Positions 37,560 through 51,200 are shown, counted from the stretch's first letter. The stretch: 64,000 nucleotides of DNA from Camelus dromedarius (GCF_036321535.1 NC_087436.1:84074001-84138000), one strand, 5' to 3'. The notes: a model not told the origin generated them from the letters alone. Made by a program: numbers and translations.

Positions 37560-38750
37560 ACAGTGGACAATATGAAGTGCTAATGAGGATGCTGAGCAAA
37601 CTGGAACGTCATATATTGTTGATGGAAATGCAAACTGAGACAGCCATTTTGGAAACAGCCTTGAAGTTTCCTATAGAGACACTTAATACATTATCTAGAT
37701 ACACCATTCCAGGAATTAGCTGAACAGAATCAAACATTTATGCCATGTAAAGACCCTGTAGGAAAGGGTCCAAAAATTGGGAATAATCCAAAAGTCTATG
37801 TGGCAAATGGATAAACAAATTTTAATATACTCACACAATAGAATAAAGTGTCAGGGAGTTAAGACTTTTCCTGTACTCTCTTTAGTGATTGGGATCTTTT
37901 GAATTCAACTGACAAAAACAAATTAGCAAAAGATAATATTTAATCACCATATTTTTGTTGAAGTATGTAGATTGTGCACAGAAAAATGTGATTCAAAGAG
38001 AAGTTAGAATCTGGGGCTTATATATCATTTTAACAAAGGGAAGAGGAAGGAGAAAAAGACACTAATGGGAAAACAAATCAGTTCTCAATAAGAGAAGGGG
38101 AAGGAGAAAGGGCACTCTTGGGAAAACAAATGAGTTTTTGGGAAGGTAATTGGGCCTCTGGAGGACAGACAGGAGATGTGATAGTTTTGTGACCATGTCT
38201 GTTTAGATGTGTGGAGACTTCATCACCCATGATAAGAGTCAGTCATCCCTGGTGGATCCCAGGGAAGGGGATTTATGACAACTGAAGTCTTTATAGTTCT
38301 CCTTTTAGGAAAATGAGATTTCAGGAACTCAAATGCCTTCTGCTAAAGATAATTTTTATGCCACAGTGAGTATGTATGACTGACCCCTGAAGTATTAAAA
38401 AGGAACTAGTTACTGATACATGTAACTACATAGATGGATCTCAAAAGCATTATGCTAAGTGAGACAAGCCAGGTACAAGGCCACTTACCTTAAGATTCCA
38501 ATTAAATAGCATTCTGGGAAAGACAAGCTAAGAGGTACAAATGAGACCATTAGTTGCCAGGGGCTGGTGGTTGTGGGAAGTGGATTGACTATAAAAGGGC
38601 ACAAGGAAATTTTGGGGGTGATGTGAAAGATCTATATCTTGGCTGTTGTGATAGCTACACAATTGCGTAAATTTCTCAAAATTCATAGACATGAACCACT
38701 TAAAATGGCAAATTACACTAAATACAAATTATATTTCAATAAACTTGAAA
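37560..38750 (+). mobile_element. Ancient L1M fragment interrupted by an LTR-like insertion (~37849-38390)
   Basis: L1M 3' motifs (atggataaacaaat; gatggatctcaaaagcattatgctaagtga; aattatatttcaataaa) flank unrelated sequence starting tgtcaggg. Confidence 0.6.
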
Positions 38751-39522
38751 CCTGAAAAATATAATTATAAACAATAGAAATTCATTTCATTTTCTTTGTG
38801 GCAGTATTTTGGTTATTTGCATTATTTTGGAATGTTCAAAATCACTTCACAAAATGTTATTTCTGAGAATGTTGGTTTTCCTCCTGATAGAGTCTCTACC
38901 AATTTATATTTAAAAAGTCACTTCCTATCCTTAAAACTGTTTTATTCAACAGGTGTTTATCAAACACCTTCTCTGTTTAAGGCATAAAGGTGGTGAGAGA
39001 GTGGAGGGCAAGTAAAGAAGTATAAAATAGGTTTTAAATTTCATCAGCTTGCAATCTAATTAGGGAAATAAAATTTACCCTACTTTAGTAAAAGTACAAA
39101 CAGTAAGCGCTTTAAGAGTTTGGAGGAGAAAAGGCTTCTAGCTAGGTAAAGCTTCAAGGAAGAGGTAGAGTATGTATTTCAGGAAACCAAGCAGCCCATG
39201 GGTACAACTTACAAGGAAAGAGTTGAATGTCTAGGTATCAGTTACCTTAATCCCTAATGTGTCATCCCAAGAGGCAGGAAGGCTGCTCCTCTGCTGAAAG
39301 ATGAAGAGGCAGGAGAAGGGATGCAGGAAAGTCAAGTAAAGCAGATTGGCCAACCAGCTGGGGTTGGAGCATATCAGGACTGAAGATGAAGTGCTTGGCA
39401 TCCCTCTAGAACAGACACCCTTTTAAGTATGGGCTTGGCTTTCTCCAGTGATGTCTTACATAAGTAGTGATGAAGTCTTTCTGAAAAATGAAACCAGAGC
39501 ATTACAATCCAATTACAATTGT

Positions 39523-39582
39523 TGGGGGAGGGAATAGCTCAGTGGTGGAGCTCATGCTTAGTATGCATAAGGTCCTGGGTGA

Positions 39583-39614
<32 letters not shown>

Positions 39615-39863
39615 AACAAACAAACAAACAAACAAACAAACAAACAAAGAAACAAAGAAAGGAGGAAGGAAGGAAAGAAGGAAGAAAGGGAGGAAGGAAG
39701 GGAGGAAGGAAAGAAAAGGAGGAAGGAAGGAAGGGAGGGAGGAAGGAAAGAAAAGGAGGAAGGAAGGAAGGAAAGAAAAGAAAGAAAGAAAAAAAGAAAA
39801 AGAAAGAAAGACAGAAAGAAAGAAAGAGAGAAAGAAGGAAAGAAAAAGGAAGGAAGGAAGGAA
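39523..39863 (+). repeat. Truncated tRNA-SINE head followed by a compound (GAAA)n(CAAA)n(GGAA)n microsatellite
   Basis: gggggagggaatagctcagtgg..gtcctgggt, then ~280 bp of tetranucleotide repeats. Confidence 0.9.
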
Positions 39864-40646
39864 GATGGCCATGACAATGTAAAAATATGTGAGCATGTGG
39901 AAGAAAATATGTTTAGAAAATAATGCTAGAACATTGACATAAAGAGTGTCTCAGGATCCTATCAAGAAAATGTACCCATTTCTAAGTATTTAAAACAGGA
40001 AATCTGAGGCAAGGGATTCTTTGCAGAGGTGATGGGATTATTTAGAAGCCAAAAGGGCATCCAAAGAGTTAAGAGACACACAACAGAAGTTGGAATCACC
40101 ATGGCCTGTTTAGTAGAACGTGGAGCCATGGAGGAGCCAGAGTGAAGGGGACATTACTGTCCTTGCTAAGATGCTTCCCAGGACAGAGGGAGAAATAAAT
40201 ACCTGAATTCCTTCCTGACCACTCCAGTGTCATGCCAGTACTTCCCATTAGCCAACCCAGCCAGCTGCTGGCTTACCTGAAGCCTAGGAAATAAAGCTGG
40301 CAAAGGCCAGGTGCCTTCAGATGCAGAAGAGCACAGGAGATTAGGGACTAGATCTGAGGCCACAACGAGAACTTTTGAAAATGTTTTTTTGCTGGTGTTC
40401 CATTGCTTTTTTCAGTTCTAGTAGAGGAAAACTGTACAGTAAATAAATTAATAATCCTCTTAAGAAATCTCTAAACAGTCTCATACATTGTAGGTTTCAG
40501 TGTAAATTGGTATCACCTCTTGGGAGGGTAATTTGCCTAGATTCTTGAAGACTTCATTGTGCATACCCTTTGTCCCAGCAATTCCACTTCTACAAATTTA
40601 CTCTACAGAAATATTTGCAAAAATCCTTAAAGATATATATATATCC

Positions 40647-40692
<46 letters not shown>
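40647..40692 (+). repeat. (ATAG)~11 microsatellite inside an old L1M fragment (~40480-40900)
   Basis: Counted directly; flanked by L1 motifs such as aaaactggaaacagtccaaatgtccatcaatag. Confidence 0.9.
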
Positions 40693-41159
40693 GTCAATGG
40701 TAATTGCAGCAATATTTGCAATTGGGAAAAACTGGAAACAGTCCAAATGTCCATCAATAGGAACTGGTTTTGAATATAGTCATAGACATTTAGTTTCTAA
40801 AAGTAACAAAATAGTACTGTATATAATAAGATATCTAAGGCACATTGTGCAACTTTTAAAAAGCAGGTTTCAGTACAGATCACATAGTATGAGCCAGCTT
40901 TCAACTTTTTAAAGGGTATATATTGGTATGAAAAAATATCTGGAATAATATTTCAGACTATTTACATGATTTGGTAAGTGAGATGACAGGAGACTTCTGC
41001 TTTCAAGTAATAATTTTGAATTTTTCAAGTAATAAATTTGAATTTTTTATTATAATGAGTATAATTATTTGATAACCTGTAACACACATGGTCAATCCAG
41101 CAAATGCCTTAAATATCATATTTAAACTAAGTAACAGCACTATGCCAGTTAGCTTAGGT

Positions 41160-41465
41160 CAGAGTTTCTCAACCTTAGCACTGACATTTTTGGCTGGACA
41201 GTTCTTCATTGTGGGGGCACTGTTCTTGCATTCCAGAATGTTAGCAGCATCCTGGTTTCTACGTTCTCAATACTAGAAGCACCCTGTCCCTCCCAACTGT
41301 GACTCCAGACGTTGCAGATGTCTCCTAGTGATATGGTTGACTTGTACAGCAACCCAGTAAAATTTGAATTTCAGATAAACAGCAAATAATTCTTGATAAG
41401 TATGTTGCATGCAATATTTGTATGCTGTATTCAGTATTTTTATTTGCCTCTTCTGGCAACCCTAC
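41160..41465. mobile_element. MER20-like and MER53-like DNA transposon fragments
   Basis: cagagtttctcaaccttagcactgacattttt (MER20-like start); aaatttgaatttcagataaacagcaaataa..ctggcaaccct (MER53-like). Confidence 0.6.
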
Positions 41466-41734
41466 CTAGCAAGCAAATTGTTCTGGTGAGACCCACTGGT
41501 GTTAGGTGTGACACTGCTTCATTGCTTTGACTTTTCTGAAGAGAAATCTTCATACAGAAAACTCTGCTTCTTTGCCCTCTCTTTACTATGAAATAGGCAC
41601 AGCCAGTGGGCTGATTGGGAGCCTGTAAAAAGCCAAGTCGCTTTCCTGTTCCATCTCTGGTACTGTCTGCCACCAAACAAGCAGTAGTATCTTGCAAAAA
41701 TTTCCTCATCCAGACTAAGCCCCACAGTATTTTT

Positions 41735-42187
41735 CTTTTTCTTTTTTAATTCTTTTTTAGGTGGGAGGTAATTCGATTCATCTGTTTATTACTTTTGATA
41801 GAGGTACTGGGGATTGAACCCAGGACCTCGTGCATGCTGGGCATACACTTTACCACTGAGCTATACCTTCCCCCCACAGTATTTTTCTTTTTTGTTGTTG
41901 TTGGTTTTTTTTGGAGGGGGAGGTAATTAGATTTATTTATTTACTTACTTATTTAAGGGAGGAAGGTATACATCAGTGATAGAGTGCGTGGTTAGCACAC
42001 ACGAGATCTTTGGTTCAATCCCCAGTACCTCCATTAAAAATCAATAAATCAATAAATCTAATTACCTACCCCTCTCCTCAAAAAACACACTCACAAAAAA
42101 TGTACTTATTTAATGGAGGTACTGGGGATTAAACTCAGGACCTCTTGCATGCTAAGCACATACTCTGTCACTGAGCTATACCCTCTC
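41735..42187. mobile_element. Cluster of three tRNA-derived SINEs: two on the minus strand, one plus-strand copy nested in the second
   Basis: SINE(-) ~41735-41872; SINE(-) ~41888-42187 split by SINE(+) ~41960-42100 with TSD tacttatttaa(g/t)ggagg at 41946-41962 and 42103-42119. Confidence 0.9.
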
Positions 42188-42204
42188 TGCCTCAGCAGTA
42201 TTTT

Positions 42205-42241
42205 TCTGCAGTCAAATGCTCTACCCCTGAGCTATACCCCC
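42205..42241 (-). pseudogene. Tailless retropseudogene of the tRNA-Cys(GCA) 5' half
   Basis: Minus strand GGGGGTATAGCTCAGGGGTAGAGCATTTGACTGCAGA matches the 5' part of mammalian tRNA-Cys-GCA through the anticodon; TSD tca(g/a)cagtatttttctg at 42192-42208 and 42242-42258. Confidence 0.88.
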
Positions 42242-43899
42242 TCAACAGTATTTTTCTGAATGAGTTCCCGGACCAAATAGTTTTGTGTAGGAAGTATAAA
42301 GCATGTCTTTCTGTTCTGGTATGATCATTTCTAAGCCTGATCAGCCATCCCCACAAAATTTATGCTCCAAGCTTTGAAAAAGGAATTATAAGATAAATTG
42401 ACAAAAGTCTAATGAAAAGACTATAAGCACATTATGTCAACTTAATTCATACATTAAATGTCTTTATATATATATTTTTAATCTATAGGCTAAATTTTCT
42501 CACTTCCCAAGAAATCCTGAGTATGCAGAACAATTACTAAGAAATCATAGCTGATAAATTAGTTACCTATAGTCAAGTATTTTTAAGAGAAAAAATATTA
42601 AATTGCTACTCTTTTTATAATTTATCTAATACACATATATATATGTGAGTGCCTGTGAAGATGATTGGTAGGATGTGAGGTAAGGCCTTGAAAAGCAAAA
42701 GTACCTGATGCCCAGGAGACCTCGGCAGGTCTCGCCCAGAATTTCTTAGGAGAGACATAGATTGTTTACATATGCTGGGGAAACAAGAAGAAAAAAACCT
42801 AAAATTGATTTTGGAAGATTACTATTTTGACCATATTGTCATCTCGTTCGTTGTAAAATAATTTCAATAATTGGATGGAGGGTGGGAAATACTTTAATTT
42901 TCTACTTTATGTGCTCCCAAATTGTTCTGAATCTTCTCAAAAGGATGTGTACTTTTATAATTTAGAAAATAAGAATTTTTAAAGTAAAAAAAAAATAATC
43001 ATAGACCATTTTACAACGCTATGTTTGGGGGACTGAAAATTGTTACAACTTTTTTGGAGAATGGGTTGGCCCTGCCAAAATAAACACACACACAGAGAAA
43101 GCTTTTGACCCAACATAACTGTCCACAGGACATAGTGATATATAAAAGGGTTCAGTCTAGTGTGTTTAGTAAAGCTAGTGGTCAAAATATTAACCAGGAT
43201 GATTTTATGGAATGGGCTTACGGGAGAGTACTTTCACTTTCTATAATATGCATTTCTATATTATGCTGCTTATAATGTTATATTTAAATGATATGGCTCA
43301 AATTTGCTTATGAACTGCTTCATTCACTCAACAATTATTTGGTACTTACAATGTGTCAGACTTACTCCTTTGAATCTTCCCTCATTAATGTAAGATTAGG
43401 GTGAAAAAATGATTTTTAAAAGGAGAGAAAATATGGAGATGACTAATTGAATGTTTTCTGGGACGAAGGAATCAATGTGATGCAGAAAGACTGGGTAAGA
43501 AGACAAAATAGAGGGCGCTGTTTGAAGAGTTCCTTGATCACTGTCCTCAGGAAGGTCTGCCACATCAGCCACTTTGGAAGTGAAACTAATAGCTAAAGCT
43601 AATTCCTTTAACTGAAGGTCAATAGGATTACTTCCCCATTTACCCACCTTCCATATAATTGTTTTAGTGAATATAAACTGTTATCTCTGCTTTCTACATT
43701 TGGAATCTATTGAATGAATAATAATCCCTGACTTAAATAATACAAACCCAGAACTTCAAGTTTATTTTTAACATGTAGTATAAATCATAAATAGACAACT
43801 ATGTGGTCACCCTTGGTGGTTTTTGCAGACAGCTGTAATAATATTGATAACTCAATTTCAAGGAAGAGTTAAAAAAATAACGTTCAGTGACCAGGGAAT

Positions 43900-44367
43900 G
43901 TAGGACCAACGCAGTCTCATTTTGTTTTCACAACAACCCCTTCATAAGAAATATTGATAAAGATAATTGGCATATGGGGACCCATAAAATGGAGACCACC
44001 CAGCAGCCCGGCCCAGGTAACAAATCTAAACCTAAGCCAGCCTGCATGTGCAGGAAATGCCTCACTGTTGAGGAACCCTAACACACACCAATCACAATCT
44101 TCCAACTCAGCTTTAGCTAGCTCACCTTACCCTGGAAAACAGGACCTGCTAGGCTTGTAAAGAAAACCCCCAACCTCTCAGCCAGTCATGCCCTTTTTCT
44201 TGTTGCCTATTCTAAGCTCTGTAAAAAAAAAAACTCACTTTTGCCCAAAATCCCTCAGGAAGAGTGATTTTCTGCTTGTGAGGCACTGTATTCCCCAATC
44301 CATGGATTGTTTTCCTTTGAATAGAGCACAAACTCATTGTTAGCTCGCATTATTTTTGTCATTTGAT
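43900..44367 (+). mobile_element. Probable solo ERV LTR
   Basis: Starts tgtagg; CCAAT-like ccaatcac and cagccagtca motifs; LTR-like 3' region; boundaries approximate. Confidence 0.5.
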
Positions 44368-45049
44368 CTTATGGACTCCCATTTTACAGAAGATTCGAAG
44401 AGACCTTACGTGTCTTGCCCCAGGCAAATGCCATGGTGTCCGGCAATCTGGCATTATCTCTGACTCTGGCATTATCTCTGACTCTGGCAATCAGCCCAAA
44501 TACCATTCAGCCGAGTCTACCAGGCTGGGACCCAGAGGGTGCCATGTGAGTATGGGAGCCTCGGGAAGCTCTGGAATGGTTTCCATTGCTACACTCAAGG
44601 CCTTGAATTTGTACCTATGCCCCAACAGTTTTAAAGCACTGCTTCTTATAAAACTGCTTATTATAACATTTTCAAACATACAAAGTAGAGACAATAGTGT
44701 AATTAAGTTCTTATAACAATAATTTAGTAAAGCACTGCTTTTTTTTAAAGTTCACAAACTTGCTGAGGCATATGAGGTGGTCCATGAAAAAAGGCAGAAC
44801 AAGAAAAACGCACACTTGATTTGTAGTTCCAGCTCTGCTATGAATAAGCTGTGTAGCATTGAATAATACATGGTGCCACCCTGGGACTTGGTTTCCTTGT
44901 TGTCTGAGATATAAAATCTGGAACCTGGAAGGGATCTGTGGGAACTTTCCAGGCCTTATATCCTATACTTTGGTTCTAAAATTCCATCACTCAGTCTATC
45001 TACACCCATTAAGCCACTAGTACCTCTTGCCTTAGCTGATGTCCCTTTA

Positions 45050-45665
45050 CCTATTCCTGCTTCGTTACATTCCATTCTTCATCCAGAAGCCTTAAAAAGT
45101 CAACTATAAAAATGTAAATAAGATCACCTGATCACATCGTTCCTCTGCTAAAATCCCCTCAGTGCCTTCACATTTCTTTTAGAGCCATGTTTGAGCTGCT
45201 TAACAAGTCCTGTAAGGTGCTTCCTGACCTGGGCTGCTACCTCTCCTCCCACCAGCTCCACCACACTGGCCATTTCCTGTCGCAGAAGACCTCCACGTGC
45301 TGTTCCAACCACCTGGAGGATCCTTCTGGGCCTCAGCACCGACCCCTGTCCCAACACAGACACACTCTGCTTGGGCAAATTGTTCTCATTCCTCAGGGAT
45401 CTGCTTAAATGTCACATCCTCCAGGAAGCCTTCACCTGAACTGTTAAGTCCTGCTAAGCCAATAGGTGCTCGTTAGCACCTAGTACTTGGATTTTGTGGC
45501 TCCAAACACTATTTTAAATAAGTAGCTACTTGTGTATTTATTTAACAACTGATTTCCCTTAGCAGACTACAAATTCCATGTCAGTTTTACTGTTTTAGTC
45601 ACCTTGTAATTGCAGCACCTAGCACAGTGCCTGGTAGAGAATGGGCATTCAAATAAATATTTCTG
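45050..45665. mobile_element. L2 LINE fragment
   Basis: aaatgtaaataagatcac..ctgcttaaatgtcacatcctccaggaagccttc..gcacctagcacagtgcctgg..aaataaatattt (L2 3' end motifs). Confidence 0.7.
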
Positions 45666-47644
45666 GGCAAATAACTGGTTCCTGACAGGCTTTAGGGATA
45701 AAAAGAAGCTCATGATTTAATGGGAGGGGAGAATTTGATGCAAATATTATAATGCATTTCTATAGTGCTAGAATGAGTGAATAAATATGGGGCAGTCAAC
45801 AAAGTCTTTTTAAGGAGCACCTAACCCAGCCTGGGTCAAGATAGGCTTACTGAGGGAGACAGTGACTTCTTGGAGGAAATCCATTCAAGCAGCTTCCCAC
45901 AGAGTTGTACATATGGGGAGCAATACAGTGAGGGAGGGAGGGAAATTCAGTTCTCAGTGACCTTTTAGAATATTCGGTTGCTGACCTTTCTATTTGATAT
46001 TCCCTGAGACTAACTTGGCCTGCGGTCACGTGTCATCTGTCTTTTCCTCCTCATAGAATGGGTGGTGAGCAGAACAACTATCGGTGAGCTCTAAATTGGG
46101 CTGGCTTAATAAGGAATAGGAACTGGGTAAGCCATTCTTTTTTTAAAGCAGGAAGTGGAAATTATAATTAAGGAGGTAGACTTCTCAATTTAAGCTGCAA
46201 AATGTCAGTAAAATCTTTTTTTTCCCCCCAGAATAACCGCTTATAATTTGTCAGCAAGTGCAGGTTATCTTGAAATGGAAGTCCAAATAAAATGGGTCAT
46301 TCACACCTAGAGAGAAGTTTTAATCTAATCATTGGCTATCATTTTATGATAATGCAACAATTTAGTTTTATTTTATTAGTTTCTATAAATATAGATTTAA
46401 ATATTAAAGTACTATATACTTTATAAATATTAGACTCTAATTTTTTGTTATTTGCAATTAAACAAACTGGTAGAAAATGTCAAATATTTGGAGAAATGTA
46501 CAATATGAAAGCTAAAATCTCACATATTACTCAAGAATAAATACTGTCAATAGTTGCATATGTGAGATTTTTTCTTTTTTATATACAATATACATATAAA
46601 CATATATTTTTAAACTAAAATTATTTCATTCTTTCCTGAAACTTTTTAAAAATATCTTAAACCTGTTATTATATGCAGAGTTGTCTAATAATTCTTTTTA
46701 ATAACTTCCCAGTATTCCATTTAAAATTTTACAGCATTCCAAAAAACAAAAATAAGTATTTTCATTCTGAAATTGTCTTCATTGTATTGCTTTTACTCAG
46801 TTGTGTCTCCTAGGAATATTCTGGCAAAATTTGCTCAGATATAAAACCTACCAAATATGGTTATATATAAAAAGACCTAATTGAATTTCTTGGAGGTAGT
46901 CTCCTCAAAGTAGGATTCTAGGAGGGTAGAAGGTTAGAAAAAGTCAGTGTGGAAGAAATAAAGAGGATGTTTCACAAACCTGCTTAGGAATACAATGAAA
47001 ACAAATTTCCCATTTACAAGAGGGAGGTCTTTAATGGAGATAAGGGTTTGACAGAATAGATCAACTAAGAACATTGGTTTGTAAATGTTTGTAAATATCC
47101 CTTCAAATTGAACTTTAAGATTCCTTTGGGCCCAGGTTTAATCTGGAGAGGAAATTTTTTTGCCCCTTTAATCACTGTAATAAAAACCTGTTGCAAGAAA
47201 AATCACATTTTCTTTTCAGATTGACATTATTTTTACTGAAATTTCTTTAGTGTCTAGGGGCTTCTTTAAGTGTTTCTGGAGTTTGGAATTTTGTCTCTGC
47301 AAGGAGAAATAATAGAGGGTTTAAAGAAGGAGCAGGAGAATGACCAGGTCTGATTCTGTTTGCAGGTCACTTTGGCTGATGTGAGGAAATGGATTATCAA
47401 AAGAGTAGCAGCTTAAGTGAAGTTTTGTAAATAATGTATGAAGGTCAAGTCGTTCCTTGCTCAAAAGCCTTCATCTCAGGGTAAAACTAAAGGCTCTTCA
47501 GTACTCAGTTCCTTTCCCTATCTTCTTCCCTCTAGCACATGCCACAAATTGTGGGGCCTTCACTAGGACAGGGGTTTTATTATTTTGTTCTTAGCTATAG
47601 GGCCAGTGCTCAGCAGAGCTTCACATGGCCATGCTGACACTACT

Positions 47645-48070
47645 GGTTACTGAGTGAACAGTTCTTTGGTTTTAGGATAAATTTGAAAATTCTTAACCCA
47701 GTATCCAAGGCCTATCTGGGGCCTGCTGTCACAGCCTAATCTTATTGAGGTAGAGAATAACCTCTGTTTTGTTGGAGGTTTCCAGGGACACCATGACCTG
47801 GCCCACGGGGATGGCTGCAAGAACAAAGAATGCCTGCAGCAAGAAGATTGCAACAATCAACCACACCCTCTCCCTTGTTTTTTTCTGTAAAAGGAGCCGG
47901 TATTCTGACTAGAGCAGGATGGTTCTCCAAGACATTAGTCTGCCGTCCTCTTGGTCTGCTAGCTTTCCGAATAAATTTGCTATTCCTTGCCCCAACACCT
48001 CATCTCCCGATTTATTGGCCTGTCCTGGGGCGAGCAGAATGAGTTTGGACTGAGTCTGGACTCGGCAACA
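47645..48070 (+). mobile_element. Solo ERV1 LTR (MER41-like)
   Basis: gaataaatttgctattccttgccccaacacctcatctcccgatttattggcctgtc...ggactcggcaaca 3' end typical of this group. Confidence 0.75.
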
Positions 48071-48219
48071 TTATCATCTTTGCCCCAGGCTCTTAAATGT
48101 GGCAAAGCTGAGCTTGCTTTAACTTTCTCAGTCTTAGAATTCCCTTTGCCTCTCCTTTTCAAACTTGAAACCTTTTCTCACTACCTTTAGAGACTCTAAA
48201 AACAAACATCTAGTATTTT

Positions 48220-51200
48220 GTGTGTGTGTGTATGTGTGGTTTCTCTGGGATGTTTATTTATTTTTTTAAAATTTTTAATAGACTTTATTCTTTTAGAGCA
48301 GTTTCGGGTTCACAACAGAATTGAGCAGAAAATACAGAGTTCCCACACAGCCCTCCCCACCCACACACGTATCTCCCCTACCTTCAGCATCCCTCATCAG
48401 TGTGGCATATTTGGCACAATCGATGAACCAACACGGGCACATTATTATCAACCAAAGTCCATAGTTTACCTTAGGGTTCACTCTTGATGTACATTCTATG
48501 GGTTTTGACAATTGCATAATGACATGTAGACACCACTATAGTATCATACAGAATAATTTCATTGCCCTAAAAATCCCTTGTACTCCATCTATTCATTCCT
48601 CTGTCCCTCTCCCCAAATCCCCGGAAACCACAACCTTTTTATTGTTTCTGTAGCTGTGCTTTTTCCAGAATGTCATTTGGTTGGAATCATACAGTTTGTA
48701 GCCTTTTCAGACTGGCTTCTTTCATTTAGTAATATGTCTTTTAAGTTTCTTCTATGACTTTCATGGCTTGATAAATCTTTTTTGTTTTACTGCACACATA
48801 TTTTAAAATTTACGTGTATGTACTGTTCATTGTTTCTAAGAATGTTTAGAGCTTTAGCACTTTAAACTTACATAGTTATCAAAGGAATAGAGCCAGCCAC
48901 AAAGTAAGAATTAACTCAAAAAGATACATACACCCTGCTATTAACAGCAATATTGTTTATAATTGCCCAGATATGGAAGCATCCTAAGTGTACATCAATA
49001 GTTGAATAGGTAATGGAGATGCAGCATTTTATATATATATATATAATGGAATACAACTCACCCAAAAAAAAGGATATTTTGCCATTTGTGGCCCTTCATT
49101 CACTTTTTTTTTTCACTTCAAAAACCAGAATTTTATAACTGGCAGAGACATTTCCATTAAATCAAAAATAACAAAATACCTAGAAATAAACTTAACCAAA
49201 GAGGTTACCAATACTCTGAAAACCGAAGTGATACAAAGAAATGGAAAGATTTCTTGCACTCTTGGATTGGAAGAATCAACACTCAAAATGGCCACACTAC
49301 CCAAAGCAGTCCACAGATCCAACACAATCCCCATCAAAATACTCGCAACATTCCTCAAAAACTAGAGCAAACAATTCCAAAATTTATAAGTAACCACAAA
49401 AGACCCCGAACAGCCAAAGCAATCTTTTGTAGATCTCTTTTTTTCTCTCTCTCTTTTCTTTTTGTTCTCTTTTCTTATGGTTTGATGACTGGAGAAGTTC
49501 CTTTAACATTTGTTGTAAAGCTGATTTGGTGGTGCTGAAATCTTTCAGCTTTTATCTGTGAAGCTTTTGATTTCTCCATCAAGTCTGAAGGAGAGCCTTG
49601 CTGGAACAAGTATTCTTGGCTGTAAGTTTCCCCCTTGCATCATTTTAAATATATCTTGCCACTCCCTTCTGGTCTGTAGAGTTTCTGCTGAAAAATCAGC
49701 CAATAACCTTATGGGAGTTCCCTTGTATGCTATCCATTGCTTTTCTTTTGCTAATTTTAATATTTTCTCCTTATCCTTAATTGTCAACTTGATGACTATT
49801 TGCCTTGGTGTGTTCCTCTTTGGGTTGACTGTGTGGTACTCTCTGCACTTCCAGGACTCGGGTGATTGTTTCCTTTCCCAAGGTGGGCAAGTTTTCGGTT
49901 ATTATCTCTCTAAAAATTTTCTCAGGTCCTTTCTCTCTCTCTTCTCTTTCTGGGACCCCCTTATAATGCGATTAGAGCACTTCATGTTGTCCCAGAGTTC
50001 TCTTAAACTATCCTCATTCCTTTTTTCTGTTCTGAAGTAGTGATTTCCACTAATCTGTCTTCTAGCTCACTGATCTGTTCTTTTGCTTCATTTAGTCTAT
50101 CTTTGTTCCTTCTAGTGTATTGTTCATTTCAGTGATTTTATTCTTCAACTCTGTTTGGGTATTCTTTATATTTTCCAACTGTTTACTAAAAACTTCACTC
50201 TGTGCATCTCTACTCCTCTTGAGTTCTCTGAACATCTTGGCCATCATTACTTTAAACTGTTTCTCAGATAAATTACCTATCTCCTCGTCACTTATTTCTT
50301 CTTCAAGGATTTTATCTTGTGCCTTGGCCTGGGAGATACTCCTTTGTGGCCTCATACTGTCTTCCTATGAGTTTGTGGATTCCTTCCACGGGCTTTGGGA
50401 TTATTGTTTTCTTATTTCTACTATCTGTCCCTGGTGGATGAGGCTGGACTAGGGGCTTATCCAGGTTTCCTGGCAGGAGGAGCCAGTGCCTGCCCACTGC
50501 TGGGTGAAGCATGGTCCTGGACCTCTGGTGGGTAGGGCCATGTCTAGAGGCCTCTGTGGCTTAAGAAGTCTGATAATGGATGTGGCTGTGTTCCCACCCT
50601 GTATATTGTTTGGCCTGAGGCTTCTCTACAGGCTGTTGGGTGGGACTAGATCTTGGTGCTAATGATCCAATCAAGTTGTCAGCTTCCAGGAAAACTCATG
50701 TAGATTAACACTCCCGGAATGTCTGCCACCAGTTTATGTCCCCTGAGTGAGCCGCAGCCATCCCCCATGTCCCCAGGAGACCCTACAAATCCAGCAGGCA
50801 GGTCTGGCCCAGGTTCCTGTGAAATCACTGCCTCTGCCCTTGGACCTGGCGCACATGAGTTTCCGTGTAGGCTTCTCAAGTGAATGGAATCTCCATTTAT
50901 CCCAGTCCTATGAGACTCCCAGAGTCAAGTATCCCTGGCCTTCAAAACCAGATGTCCTGGGGTCTCCTTCTTTTCCCAATGCCAGAAACTGAGCTGGGGA
51001 GACTGACGTGGGGCTTAGAGCTCTCACTCCTGTGGGAGGGCCTCTGTGACCTAACAAATCTTCAGCTTGTGGGTCACCCATCCGGGGGGTATGGGGCCCA
51101 ATTATATCACAAGCATGCCCCTCCTACCTTCCTGCTGTGGTTCCCTCTTTATGTTTCCAGTTGCAGAAGATCTCTTTTGCTAGGTTCCAGTCTTTTTTCG

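Noticed and set aside
39488..39923. Lys/Glu/Arg-rich and Phe/Leu/Ser-rich ORFs of 112-134 aa
   Set aside because: Translations of the compound microsatellite.
44447..44489. 18-bp tandem duplication (tctggcattatctctgac x2.4); similar small duplications at ~22226-22256, ~41002-41046 and ~62830-62868
   Set aside because: Ordinary slippage duplications; no spacers and no CRISPR-like organisation.
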